NCBI RefSeq assembly: GCF_006345805.1
Contig: NC_042998.1
Location: 94,612,001-94,676,000, forward strand
Length of the DNA stretch: 64,000 nt
Direction: 5' to 3'
From: Octopus sinensis
Taxonomy: Eukaryota
Both the position numbers and the translations under genes were made by a program. Of this stretch, positions 37,269 through 51,379 are shown one piece after another. Under the pieces are notes generated by a model. That model made no database searches. It was not told the DNA's origin and saw only the letters and a list, made by a program, of their open reading frames with translations. Positions within the stretch are counted from its first letter, which is position 1, and each line of letters opens with the position of its first letter.

Positions 37269-37644
37269 GTATATATATATATATGTATATATATATATTG
37301 TATATATATATATGTATATATATATATATGTATATGTATATATATATGTATGTATATATATGTATATGTATATATATATGTATATATGTATATGTATATA
37401 TATATTATATGTATATATATCTATATGTATGTATATGTATATATGTATATATATGTTATGTATATGTATATATATATATATATTATATATATATATGTAT
37501 ATGTATATATGTATATTATATATGTATATATGTATATATATTATGTATATATATATATGTATATATATATATGTATATTATGTATATGTATGTATATGTA
37601 TATATATAATATATGTATATGTATATATATATATATGTATAATG

Positions 37645-37675
<31 letters not shown>

Positions 37676-37684
37676 GTATATATT

Positions 37685-37716
<32 letters not shown>

Positions 37717-38149
37717 TATGTATATATATATGTATATTATATATATGTATATATATATAATGTATATATATGTATATGTATATATATGTCTATATATATA
37801 TATGTATATGTATATATATATATGTATATATATGTAATATATATATATATGTATATATATGTGTATATGTATATATATATATGTATATATATGTATATAT
37901 ATATATATGTATATATATGTTATATATATATTGTATATGTATTATATATGTATGTATGTATAATATATGTATGTATAATATATGTATGTATATGTATATA
38001 TATTATGTATATATATGTATGTATATATGTATGTATATGTATATATGTATGTATGTATGTTATATATGTATGTATATATGTATGTATGTATATATATGTA
38101 TGTATATATGTATGTATGTATATATATGTGTATGTATATATATATATGT

Positions 38150-38187
<38 letters not shown>

Positions 38188-38226
38188 GTATGTGTATGTA
38201 TATATATATATGTATATATATGTATG

Positions 38227-38257
<31 letters not shown>

Positions 38258-38750
38258 GTGTATGTATATATATGTGTATATATATATTTGTATATATTTA
38301 TATGTATGTATATATTTAGGAATTATATACATACATATATATGTATATATATATATGTATGTGTATATATATGTATGTATGTATATATTTAGGAATTATA
38401 TACATATATATATATACATGTGTATGTGTATATATATATGTGTATATATATATGTGTATATATATGTATGTATATGTGTGTATATATATATGTATATATA
38501 TATATATGTGTATATATATGTATGTATATGTGTATATGTGTGTATATATATATGTATATATATATGTGTGTATATATATATGTGTGTATATATATATGTA
38601 TATATATATGTGTGTATATATATATGTATATATATATGTGTGTATATATATATGTGTATGTATATATATGTGTGTATATATATATGTATATATATATGTG
38701 TGTATATATATATGTGTGTATATATATATATGTATGTATATATATATGTG

Positions 38751-38790
<40 letters not shown>

Positions 38791-38847
38791 TATGTATGTA
38801 TATATATATATGTATGTATATATATATGTGTATATATATGTATTATA

Positions 38848-38880
<33 letters not shown>
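37187..38880. repeat. About 1.7-kb (TA)n/(TATATG)n compound microsatellite
   Basis: Read directly; TTAGGAATTA interruption duplicated at 38316 and 38389. Confidence 0.95.
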
Positions 38881-38887
<7 letters not shown>

Positions 38888-39350
38888 ATTGACAACCCTT
38901 TATTTTTATTATCTTCCAAGCAGTTTTCTCTTTCAATGATGTATGTATATTTTAATAAGTTAAAAAAAAAATTTGCTAACAGCGAAAAATAATAGAAGTA
39001 GATGCAGTATGCTTAAAGCATGCAATCATCAACTTACTATTCAAACTACACTTGACTACCTCTTTATGTTTTGAGGCACTTTGTCTGGTATTTGGGAGAA
39101 GAAAAAATACCTCTTTGGCCAATGAATTATTTGTGCTCCTTTGTTGGTTTACTTTACAGGCTCTTGAGTAGTAAAATTTCACTTTTTAATGTTTCTATTG
39201 AGAGAAAATGGAAAACTTTGTTATAAGAAAAAGGTGTGAAGATGATAAATTTCAATTGTGGGGAAAATTCTATAAGTAAGAGAAAAGTTCTGGTACCAGA
39301 ACTTTACTCTTAAATAATACAATACATTCTTTTTCCTTTAGAATTTTTCA

Positions 39351-39825
39351 GGCATGACTCTCTGGTTAAGAAGCTTTTTTTGCAATTGCATAGTTTCAGG
39401 TTCAGTCCCACTGCACAGCACCATGGCTCAGTGATTTCTACTACAGCCCTGGGCTGAGCAATGCCTTGTGAGTGAATTTGTTGGATAGAGGCTGACATTA
39501 GAGCTTGATGCAACCTTGCAGCTCACTTGATCCTGTCAAACCGTCCAACCCATGACAGCATGGAGTGCGGACGTAAAATGATGATGAAACTGGGGGGAAG
39601 CCCATTGTATGTATCTGTGTGTTAGCATTTGTCCCCTCATCATCACTTGACAACTGATATTGGTTTGTTTACATCCCTGTAACTTGGCAGTTCTGCAAAC
39701 AAGACCAGTAGAATAAGTACCAGATTTAAAATAGGTACTGGAGTTAGTTTGTTTGATTAAACCATTCAAGGCCGTGCCCCAGTATGATCACGAACCAGTG
39801 GCTGAAACAAATTAAAGATGAAAAG
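39351..39825 (+). mobile_element. SINE family A copy with a nested RTE 3' fragment (about 39505-39590)
   Basis: caggttcagtcccactgc head; tail ggccgtgccccagtatgatcacgaaccagtggctgaaac. Confidence 0.65.
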
Positions 39826-41328
39826 GCAATTGTAATTATGACCTTAACACTCTTTTCTTATAACAAAACTTTCTATTATCTATCTATATAAACATTAGAA
39901 AAAAATTTCCATCTGGTTGAATAATCCATCAGACACAAGTCCCAGTGAAAACTAATTTTATATAAACTTCACTTTACTTTTAGTATTGAGTCACCATTCC
40001 CATCAGTAAATATTCTGTTGTTATTCTTAAAATTCCTTTAAAATAGCAAACGCCAAAATTAACATTTAAAATTTCACATTCTCATTTTACTCTGTGCTTT
40101 TATTGGTCCCAGTTTATTTTACTGATATTCTTTATGCAACTAAAATATGTACATAAGTCAAATATATCCAATTCTATCATTTTACCCAAGATTTCCAAAG
40201 CTACAGGGGTTTTTTTTGAGAGGAATTTTTTTTTGTTTTGTTAAATTATATAACTGTCAAATATATTTAGTCCTTGCATGAGTTACACATACACACAGAC
40301 ATACATGTTTTAAATCCTCATCTTCAGTTGGAAAGAGTAGTTACTATGATGATAATGCTAATGATTATGGTGATGACAAATAGCAATTTTGATGGTGATT
40401 TGGTGAAAAATAACATGTATACATACACACACACACTGACCATGTAAAGCTATCAATTAAAATGGCCATTGAAGAATAACTTTATGACAGATAATTTGAT
40501 TAAGATTAGCATTCTTTGTTATTCTTATTATCTGTTGGTTTTGTCACTTTGAAGGGAATACAAACGAACTCTGTCTACTAAACTACTGAAGATATTAACA
40601 TGACTCAAATTAGATTAGGTTTGTTTGACATTGAGATATTTCATTAAGTTACTGGAATAATTATCTTATTCTCAACCCATTGGTATTAGTTCAGAAAGGA
40701 AAATAGAAATCTTAGCTTGTTTTTTTTTTTGCAGGATTGAGTGTTTGCCAATGAATTGTTTGAACTAATGTTTTAAGTAATGGGTATAATGTTGAAATAG
40801 AACATTTATTTAACTTTAGCTAGATTGATTCTGACAAGTAAAAATAAGTCATAGTATGATGGCTGGCTGTAATATAGTTTAAACTCACAATCTAGTGGTG
40901 ATTAGTCCCTTCAGTTTACAGTCATTCATTTTATCCTAATACAGTAAGATGAACTTATTGGTACCAGATAATTGAAAAGACAGATTAGCCCATTCTTTAC
41001 TATATCTCTTCTGAATACACAGCCTGTGTTTCAATTTATTTTGAAAACAATGAATTTAATGAAATAACTATCATTACTCAAATGTTCTGTGTTTTATGTT
41101 CAAACTGGCCAGATCTGGTCTCTTACACTTACTCTACCCAGTCATTCCAAAAATAGCATCCACATCATCAAAATCTTGAAGCCGTGAGATAAAGCATAAT
41201 TAATTCAAAACAATCTGAAATCTAATGAGTCAAAATAAAAAATTTATATCATAAAATCAGAAGCAGTCTCTGTCTGGTTGGTATGAAAAGGGTTGACTTG
41301 GATAGCAGTGCTCTTTTGGGGTAAAAAG

Positions 41329-41603
41329 TGTCATGGGAACACAGAGTATTTAAAGAGGCTGTACTTAAGGTACAGGTACGATACTTGTAGTTTAATTTGT
41401 CAAGGGAACACAGTATTTAAAGAGGCTGCCCTTAAGGTGCAGGTACGATACTTGTAGTTTAATTTGTCATGGGAACACAGTATTTAAAGAGGCTGTACTT
41501 AAGGTGCAGGTACGATACTTGTAGTTTAATTTGTCAAGGGAACACAGTATTTAAAGAGGCTGTACTTAAGGTACAGGTTTGATACTTGTAGTTTAATTTG
41601 TCA
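41329..41603. repeat. 67-bp minisatellite, 4 copies
   Basis: Units start at 41329, 41398, 41465 and 41532, with a remnant at 41599; unit 1 has a 2-nt insertion. Confidence 0.95.
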
Positions 41604-42532
41604 GCTTAGAATATGTAGGACATTATGTTTTCAGCGGATAGAAATATAACTGATAATGCCTCAAGTTTCCCCATATAAGTCTTCATCTTTTTTAGTAATT
41701 ACATAAAAATTTAGTTGGGAGTAACACCAATTCTCTGTAGCTACTGGATTTGTTGAGTAAATAAACACATTGGTGGCTTGCTTCTCTAGAGTAGATCAAA
41801 TTGATGTAGTCACCTCTGAGAATCCAGAAAGGTTTGAACATTAAGGTTGTTCATCATTTTTCAATCTGCAGAGACATAGTAAAATTTGTCTTGTTTTGCA
41901 TAGGTAAGATATATGCTGGATGGAATAGTAAAATAAAATATAGATGCTAATCTACTGCACAAAGTTAGCATCTTATAGACTAAAATAATCTGACTTTTTT
42001 TTACTGCAAAATATGAGGTGAAGTCATTTATAAAAGGCCATTGAGAACCACTAGGTTAGATCATTGTAAGGGTTAGACATTACACATAGAACTGCTAAGT
42101 ATCAACTAAATAATGTATACTATTTAGATTAACATACCATGACAAAGACTTTGGTTTCCATGATTTAAGAAAAGAAAATTTAAAGCAACGATGAAATATA
42201 AGCTTACTGAACATTGCAGATTTATTTTAGATAAGGTAGAAACTTAATTTTATGTTGAATGCCTAAGTTTAAATTGAAACCTATTTGTATTGACTGGGTT
42301 TAGTTCAAGACTAAGGTCATTTAATGAATATAAGCTAATAATTGTGTGTTTTTCATAAGAACTATAAAGTTTTGTTGCTGAAGTTTAAGGAAATAGAAGT
42401 GATTTTTCTATTAAGTTATTTCCTTTGAATTTATCTAACTTAACAGACAGTCTACATTCTCACTTTTTAAAATTTAAGTAGTAATCATTTGTAAAATGGT
42501 GTATCTACCTATCTATCTATCTATATATATAT

Positions 42533-42728
42533 ATGATTTACATGTAGTATAGATTTATACATAACACATAATATATAAAATTGATACATACAATATGTAT
42601 ATTTATGATTTACATGTATATATAGATTTATACATACCACATAATATATAAGATTAATACATACATAGGTATATATTCATGATTTACATGTATGTATAGA
42701 CTTATATATTCCACATATATAAGATTTA
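42533..42728. repeat. About 73-bp AT-rich tandem repeat, about 2.7 copies
   Basis: ATGATTTACATGTA recurs at 42533, 42605 and 42679. Confidence 0.85.
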
Positions 42729-45706
42729 AAGGTTTCACATAAATAAAATAAATCTTCCTAAATCTAAGATTATTTGTTGAGGATTTATTAAAAAGATGAA
42801 AGAGGTTGTTTGCACTGATGCACTAGGTAGATTTTCATCTGTCCTCATTATAAGAGATATAGAAAATACATAATTCTCATTCTTTTCAATTGTGAAAAGA
42901 AATTCAGATGTGTGTATTATAGCTTGCATTTTACTTAAAAGATTTCTGTCTTAGTCACATATTGTCTTTACTTTTTTTTGTTTTTTTCAATCACTTCACA
43001 TTTTCTGCCAGAACCATTTCTAATCTTTTCAACTGATGTTCTTCAACGTATTCTTCCATTACAATTTGTAAACATTTCCTTCAACTCATTAATATTTTAC
43101 TACTTATTTTATAATTAAAATTAGCCTGAGCTATAGTGCTCTGTATTTCGCTTACACGTGTGTGTGTGTGTTCAAATCTGTTATACAAGGGTCAGGAGAA
43201 ACTGTAACAATGAACATTAAAAGGTAAGGACCAGTACTATCTTAGATATGTAAAACAATCCATATAGTGACAATTAGCAAAGACATTAATGAATGAAAAG
43301 CACACTTTACATAACTGGGGAATTTCCTTTATCAGCTGCCATTCAGATATCCTCATCATTTTGACACCTTCAGGCAGGATCACTACAACCAATGGTATCA
43401 GATTAAAAAATATAATCTACTTCTGTTTGGGAATATGCAAAAATATTTGTATTCATAATATAAATGTGTAAATGGAAACATTAAAATACATTACTTAAAA
43501 TACAAATAAAATATAAACAACTTAAAATGGCAAAATCCTACTGAAGAAAAAGAAGAGGTTAAATAATCAATACTAGTCCTTGTTCAACAAAGTAGATTTA
43601 AGTGCTAAATTTATATATCACAAACTAAGCTTCAGATAGAGTCCCTTATAACAATTTATGGTCAAAGTCACCACTGTTAGCATTATTCAGTAAGAGATGA
43701 GATTTCACAGTTTAATCAAGATGAAGTCAAGAAAAAACATAAGGTAAGACAAACTGTACGTGCACAATGACCCAAAACAATCTCAAAATGTGTGTGTGCT
43801 GGTATAACGATACCCTAGAGGACATGTATCATAGTCCTTACATTATGATGTCAGTGAGAGGTTAGTTACATCAGGTTCTTGCGTATCTCATGCCAATAAT
43901 ATTTGTATTAATACATTTAATTTTGATTAAAAAATATGAACACATGCATGTGTGTATTTAAATGTATACACATATATATATTTAAGATATTTAATCCATA
44001 ATCATTTGCCTGACAGAATATATTTTGTCAGACTAATGTTTATATATTAAATATTTTATTCACTCTGCAGTCTCATTGAATACTTTATTCTAAGTGGCCA
44101 GACAAAGCTTCTTTGAACTTGTTGCTTCCTGGAATATATATTCATTATTCAAAACTGAGGGTTTGTGGGGAAGTAATAATAACCGGAAAAATAACACTGG
44201 AGTGAAATCTCAGCTCTGAATAAATGAATAAACTCTACAACATTGAGGACTTTTCTGTTTGTACACCCAAATGCTTAAACAGTAAGCCCTTTGTTTAACA
44301 GACCCTTGATATAAATGTCTGGTTTAAAGACTGAATTATAATAATGATAATACAAAACAATACTACCACTTTGAGCATGGCAAAGTAGACTTCATTGACA
44401 AAATAAGAATATAGAAACTATGTATTCTTTAACATGATTTAATAATTTTACATTTTACATTGTTTCAAAGATTTTTTTTTTTTACATTAAAAGCAGTAAT
44501 ATTGGCCCCTTTAACAAACTTTCAGTATTAATGGACATACTTCCCCTCTAATTAGTCCATTGATTTGAGGGTTTATTGTATAATATATTACATTTTATGT
44601 ATCATCCATTCATCCTTGCTAAACACCATACCAGAATTTTGGTATCTGTTATCACCATCTATTCTCAATGGCCAGAAGTTTTATCACCTCTGTATTGTTT
44701 AACCTGGTATGTTTTATTGTTGGTATGATTTGTATTTGTATAGACAGTATATTGTTTAGTGAACTGCCATCCACTCATTTTTTCTTTTCAATCTGCCAAT
44801 TTGCTGAGATAATTCAGTAATTAAAAGACTAAAAAAAAATTGCTTTGAGATTGTTATTTGGGGTTATGTGATATATTTCCTTGTACCCTAATATAGATGT
44901 TATATTTTTTAAAAAGCAACCAGAAAAAAAAACTTTAAAAAAAAGATATATATATATAAAAATATATATATATATCAAAAAAGTGTATATTTGCCAAGAC
45001 ACAAGGCCAATTTTTATAACGGAGGGTAATTGTTGGTTGAAATAATTCAGACTATTATTAAATGTTTTTGACTAGCTAGATTAACCGCTAACTGGATCCT
45101 GGAGATATTTGATCTCAGAACAGTTGAGATATGGAATTATATAATTATGCAACAAATTAATTCTGGTGTTTTATAGTCTGAGCTATCTCCTCTACTGCTC
45201 TGTGTATGATGTATATTAAATTTAATTCTCAACTTCTAGCATTTTTTTTCTTCCTCTTGCACTTTGAAAAAGAATTTTAAAAAAGTCATGCTCTTTTATT
45301 TGTGTTTTAGTAGAAGAGAGCAGTGTAATAAAAAAAAAAGTGGTTTGAAAAACTACAAGACATTATTGGAGTTGAAAATTTTAAATTTTGATACTTGCAG
45401 GATTATATAAATTAAGAGCGATTCAGATCTGTGGATAATTGTGAAATGTCAGACAATGGAAGACATTACCTTTCCTTTGAGCATGCATTGCAAAATGAAA
45501 AAAATAAATACAGAATGAAACAGCAAAAAAAAAAAAAAAGTAACTCACATAAAATAAGGAAATAAACTTATTTGAAATCTATCATTATTATTGCCACAAC
45601 AGACTTTATATAAAAGACACAGTTCATGGCTGATGGCTTTCCATCTTATAAGTCTGTACAAAACTGTAAAAGCTTCAGGTTCACTAACTTCTTTTCTGTT
45701 ATCTCT

Positions 45707-45762
<56 letters not shown>

Positions 45763-46042
45763 TCTCGCACAAACATTAACATATATGCAAATTGATAGCA
45801 AAGTACAGATTGGCAAGCAATACATGCATCAAAATATTGCATTTATTAGAAATCTTTGTTTCCAATAATTTTACTTACATTACTACAGCATCCAGTTATC
45901 TAGTTATACATGAATGATGCCATTCTGTTGTATATGCACGTGTATGTATGAGAGCACAGGTGCAGCAAGAATAATTCTTGATTTAAAAGAAAAACATTTA
46001 GGATTTACCTTTAATCAAAAACAGCATGTGTAATATATCTTC

Positions 46043-46079
<37 letters not shown>

Positions 46080-46087
46080 ATAAATAT

Positions 46088-46119
<32 letters not shown>

Positions 46120-46340
46120 CAGAGAGAAAGAGAGGGAGAATCAACAAAACTGTAATAAAAGGTTGAAGTGATAAAAAATAATAATAGACTGGTGTGATGT
46201 TAGTAAAAATTGAAACTTATATTTAAAACTTTGTTTCTGATTCTAACTAATAGTGTTTTACTTCCTCATTCATACATAACATTGTACATAATGATTGTTT
46301 TCTGTCTGTTTGTCTATGTACATGTATGTATATATGTATG

Positions 46341-46428
<88 letters not shown>

Positions 46429-46759
46429 GTGCATGTGTATATGTCTTTCTTTCATGCTGCCATGTAAAAAAAAAAAAAAGAATTGGAAGAAATAATAATA
46501 TTTAAAAAATATATATATATGTAAATGTTTTGTTTGAAAGTTTCTTTAATTTTATTTCAAGAAAAAGGACATTTTATTTTCTATTTGTTGCAAATAATCC
46601 AAGACTTTCAATTTTCATAAAATATTCTGACATTGCTTAAACAGTCACACTTACTTTCAGTTCATTTTAAGTCTTGTTCTGTTTAATATAATTTAATCCT
46701 AATTTGGTATGGAGAAATCTCTCTTCATTGATTATGTCTTTAAACAGAACTTTACATCA

Positions 46760-46945
46760 TGCCAGTGGCACGTAAAAAAGCACCCATTACACGCCTGGAG
46801 TATTTGGCATTAGGAAGGGCATCCAGCCATAGAAACCATGCCAAATCAGTTTAGAACTTGGTGCAGCTCTCTGGTTTACCAGTTCCAGTTAAATCATCTA
46901 ACCCATGCCAGCATGGAAAGCAGATGCTAAATGATGATGATGACA
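46760..46945 (+). mobile_element. RTE LINE 3' fragment
   Basis: Ends catggaaagcagatgctaaatgatgatgatg. Confidence 0.75.
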
Positions 46946-46975
46946 CACACACACACTTCAAAGAAGTACAAATCT

Positions 46976-47200
46976 CTAACCTCCTTCAAAGTAGGATTCT
47001 CTTACTTGTTGTAGTGCTCCAGCTACATTGTGAAGGTCACATGAAAGTCCTCTAAAGTGAAGGTGCCCAGGATTGTTGTCAAGCCTCTTGTAGTTTGGGA
47101 AACAACCAGACGTCACAGAGAGCAAAGTCTGGACTGTGGTGGAGGGTGGTGAGGGACAGTTTTGACACCCATCTCTGTCAAGTAGTTGGTTACCAGGATG
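46976..47200 (-). pseudogene. mariner transposase C-terminal fragment
   Basis: Frameshifted minus-strand pieces LTEMGVKTVPHHPP, SPDFALCDVWLFPKL (YSPDLAPCDFWLFPKL motif), TFTLEDFH...LEHYNK and YFEGG*. Confidence 0.8.
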
Positions 47201-47239
47201 GTACACACACACACATACTCATGTATATATATATCATTC

Positions 47240-47820
47240 ATCATCATCATCATCATCATCGATTAACGTCCGCTTTCCATGCTGGCATGGGTTGGATGAT
47301 TTGACTGAGGACTGGCGAACCAGATGGTTGTACCAGGCTCCAATCTTGATCTGGCGGAGTTTCTACGGCAGGATTCCCTTCCTAACGCCAACCACTCCAA
47401 GAGTGTAGTAGGTGCTTTTACATGTCACCGGCACAAGGGCCAGTCAGGCGGTACTGGCAATAGCCATGCTCAAATGGTGTTTTTTTACATGCCACCTGCA
47501 CAGGAGCCAGTCCAGTGGCACTGGCAACAACCTCGCTCGAATATTTTTCACATGCCAGTAAGGCGACGCTGGTAACGATCACACTTGAATGATGCTTTTT
47601 ACATGCCACCGGCATGGAAGCCAGTTTGCTGCTCTGGCAATGATCACACTCGGATGGTGCTCTTAGCCCTCCACTAGCATGAATGCCAATCATCGAATTT
47701 GATTTCGATTTCGATTTCAGTTCCCTCAACAGGTCTTCGCAAGCAGAGTTTAGTGTCCAATGAAGGAAAGTACACATAAGTGGGCTGGTTACACCCTTGG
47801 CATAGGCCACGGGTTAGGCA
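47240..47820 (-). mobile_element. RTE LINE 3' UTR, long copy
   Basis: (CAT)n tail at 47235-47258; shares ctcaacaggtcttcgcaagca and the internal repeat units with the 7770-8380 copy. Confidence 0.8.
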
Positions 47821-47833
47821 TGCTCTCCTTGTA

Positions 47834-48055
47834 ATACTTGTCTCACGTCAAGTGTTGGCAACTTATATTCTGCCGCTGCCATACCGAGCAATGAATCTTG
47901 GATAAAGAAGCCTTTCATTACCATATTTGATGAAGAATTTAGTAAAATAACTAATGATCATCATTAAGCTGGTGAAGGCTTCTTTATTCAAAATTCATTG
48001 CTCGGTATGGCAGTGATAGAGTATAGGTTGCCAATATCTGAGATGAGATAAGCAT
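47834..48055. mobile_element. MITE-like element with about 84-bp imperfect terminal inverted repeats
   Basis: Arm 47834-47917 (..ttggcaacttatattctgccgctgccataccgagcaatgaatcttggataaagaagcctttca) is the reverse complement, with mismatches, of 47973-48055. Confidence 0.8.
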
Positions 48056-48299
48056 TTTTTTGCTTTTATTTATTATTACTATGTCATTTTCCTTTTTAAA
48101 AGTTTGCACCCAGGATAACAATCTCTGTGGATTTGCTAAGTTGCTCCACAGAGATGAATTTTGGATTGAGATGATTTTTAGAAGTCAGTGGCTGATTGCT
48201 TCATCTTCTCAACCATTTTTGCCTATGGGCCCCTTTAATTCCTATTTTACTCTACTGGACCTCTATACCCATTCACTGTATATATACATATATATATAT

Positions 48300-48570
48300 A
48301 AAGATTGTGAGTTCAATTCCCAGTGACACGTTGTGTCCTTGGGCAAGACACTTTAATTTTACGTTGCTCCAGTCCACTCAGCTGGCAAAAATGAGTAGTA
48401 CTTGTATTTCAAAGGGTCAGCTTTGTCACGCTGAACCTCCCTGAGAACTGCGTTAAGGGCACACATGTCCGTGGAATTTTCAATCACTTGCATGTTAATT
48501 TCATGAGCAAGCTGTTCTGTTGATTATATCAGCTGGGACCCTTGTCATTGTAACCAATGGAGTGCTCCTT
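48300..48570 (+). mobile_element. SINE family D copy
   Basis: gagttcaattccc B box; body homologous to 8707-9025. Confidence 0.7.
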
Positions 48571-49961
48571 TATAAAAGAATCTTATTATATTTTTATAAT
48601 CAAATACTATTAGGAATTGTATAAAAATAATTAAAATATTTTGTGTATTTTAGAAGTATAACCAATTTATTGTACATAGATTTTAACAATAAAATCTAAT
48701 ATGGACCTTGGTTGAGAACCATTGATGTAAATCCTGGTACTAATTCCAAAGTGTTGAGGAAAACAAGGGGGTCAAAATTTAAATATTTTTTATCGTCCCC
48801 ATAGTATCTCAGTTCAATTTGAAATATTTCCCAGTATATAGCTCTATGGATGCGGATTCTGTTCTAACTTAGAATGCAACACACCTTAAATAAATATATC
48901 ATAATTATTGTATATGATGGTATATACAATGCTCTTTTTTTCCCAAAAATATGTCTCAAAGAATCACCCCAAAGTTGAGCCCCACTTAAGCTAATTTTGT
49001 TCCTGATTCTCACTACTTTAATTCAAATAGTTCCTTCTCAAATTATCTTAATCCAAATGGTTCCTTCTCCCTAACCCGATTTGTTCAGCTATATTAATAA
49101 CTTACTTTTTATATAATGTTTACTGCTAGAGCTAAGGATCTCTTTTAATGTTTTATAATGTACTGCTCTGCTAGATTGCTTAAAATGTTACATGCTTTAA
49201 TGCACTAAAAACTGTTGTTCCTGAATATGTGCTGCTGAAATTGGGATGCATCTAATATGCCGAGGTGTCTTTTATTTCATCAAATATGGTATTTGTCATA
49301 TGATGTAGACATTTACGAAATCAGATGTAAAAATGATGAAACCAGTACAAACAAAACTACAGTGTAATGGATTATCTTTCATTATTAAGATGTTGTGTTT
49401 TCATCTGAACAACAAGGTTATTTGAGGATTTCAGATTATTGTTTATGAGAGTAGAAAATAATTTTGAAAGACTGTAAATAGCATTAACACAATTCACAGA
49501 AGACATCTGACAGGAGCTGCAGCAAGTGCACTTGTGCAATGTCTTCCATTGTCTTTGATGAGAGAAGGAAATGACAATGATAACAACAATAAAAACAGTG
49601 ATACTCTGTTGTCTTCTTACTAACCTCATTGATTTATGAGAATAAAGTTTAAAAATAAGTTATTTGGTTCATTTAACCTATAATCAACTTAGTCGAGAAA
49701 GGAGAGAAGTTGTTTGACTATGGGCAAATAGTTAGGATAATACAAGAGAAAAACCTTTTATACATCAATAAGGAATTTAGATCTATCACAACAAATCACA
49801 TTGTTGTTCCCATTCTATTTTTAAAAAAAGAGTTCTCAATTTCATTCTTTCACCATTTTTTACACTTCTTTTTATCTGACTATATTAAATATTAGGTTAA
49901 ATTCACCATATTAAATTCACTAAATTCTTTCATCTATCTTAAATTTTTTTTTTTTTGCTTA

Positions 49962-50328
49962 CCTTTTATCTTTTACTTCAGTCATTGGACTGCGGCCATG
50001 CTGGAGCACCACCTTGAAGGATTTAAGTGAACAAGTTGAGTCCAGGACTTAATTTTTCTTTTTAGAGTTTGGAATTTATTCTATCGGTCTCTTATGCCAA
50101 ACCTATAAGTAACAGGGATGTAAACAAACCAACACCAGCTGTTAAGCAGTGATGGGAGACAAACACACACATAGGATGGGCTTCAACACAGTTCTCATCT
50201 ACCAAATTCCTTCACAAGACATTGGTTGGCCCAGAGTTGTAGTAAAAGGTTCTTGCCCAAGACGCCATGCAGTGGGACTGAACTCACAATCATGTTGTTT
50301 GCAAAGCAAGCTACTTATAACTACACAG
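49962..50328 (-). mobile_element. SINE family A copy
   Basis: Reverse-strand tail aaggtggtgctccagcatggccgcagtccaatgactgaagtaaaagataaaa; head ggctgtgtagtt...gagttcagtccc. Confidence 0.75.
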
Positions 50329-50996
50329 CCGTTCTTGCACTTATATTCACAATGTTTCTTTCCCTTTCTCACAACCAATCATTTTTCTTTGTATTTACCC
50401 CCACTTTCTCTTTTATTCTTAAGCAAGCAGGTTAATGTCAGAAATGAAGTTTGAAATTGAGCAAGTCCACTACTAAGGTTAAGACAGAATAATATATTTA
50501 AGGTTATGCAGAGTCTTACCAGCTCTTACAACTTAAAATACACCCTACTAATTATTTACCATGTATTGATTTTTTTTCCTCTTGATAATTTATTTCCTTT
50601 GTTTTATCAGTCCCTTGAGAAATATTCTTCAATTATCACTGTACTATTTATTTATGTATTGTTTTCAAATATTCTCAGGATTCAACACTTCTTCAGCTCA
50701 TGAGAAAATCAAATTACACCAATAAAAAATATGTCTGTGTAGTTTCCAATAAAAGTCGCCAGTCACAGTCATTTTTTTTTTGTGTACAATGGACAATTTC
50801 TTGAGCTAGATAGCATTCATAGTGAAGTGGGAAACGGTAAAATTCCTTGAGATTGCTATCTTTTATCAGGTATTGAGACATGACTGTTATGTTAGTAATG
50901 GACTTCTTTATGGTATATTTCAGAATAAGAAAGTATCAAAGGAAACATTGACATATATGCTGACATACATACTAGATGTGCTTTCTGTATTCTTAA

Positions 50997-51228
50997 CCCT
51001 TTAGCTTTTAAACTGACCATATCCAGCCCAGGTATTCACCCTGTTTTACAATCAAACCAGCCAGATCTGGCTTCTTACAGCTTCCCTATAATGTTGTTGT
51101 AAAAATAAATGATCACACCATCGAAATATCAAAGCTAAGAGATAATGAAAATTTAATTGTTAACAAAAAGAAAATTTAATAAATAAGCATTACATTTGAC
51201 AGAGTACATTTGACTGAATATTAAAGGG
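50997..51228. mobile_element. piggyBac-type MITE, family 2 (232 bp)
   Basis: TTAA (50993-50996), CCCTTTAG...TTAAAGGG, TTAA (51229-51232). Confidence 0.7.
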
Positions 51229-51379
51229 TTAAATGTAGGAAAAAGTTGCCATGCATCTAATGCAACCGAATTATAGATAGGATACTGAGTAGATGAGTAT
51301 ATGATGAAATATCAGATTGTTTTTAACTCAAAATAACTCAACAGAACATCAAGGATATGATAGCAGAGAGAGAGACAGG

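Noticed and set aside
37217-38939. Long ORFs of 130-389 aa made of Y/I/M/C/V (also at 34838-35051, 46210-46495, 55664-56133, 58225-58877, 60909-61613, 63328-63987)
   Set aside because: Translations of TA/TG/CA microsatellites, which lack stop codons in some frames.
41329-41603. Regularly spaced direct repeats resembling a CRISPR array
   Set aside because: Whole 67-bp units are repeated with no unique spacers, no cas genes are present, and the context is eukaryotic.
43190-43750. Good-looking donors (AAAAG|GTAAGG near 43224, ATAAG|GTAAGA near 43744) suggesting exons of a second gene
   Set aside because: No open, recognisable reading frame or phase-compatible partner exons; cannot be supported without RNA data.
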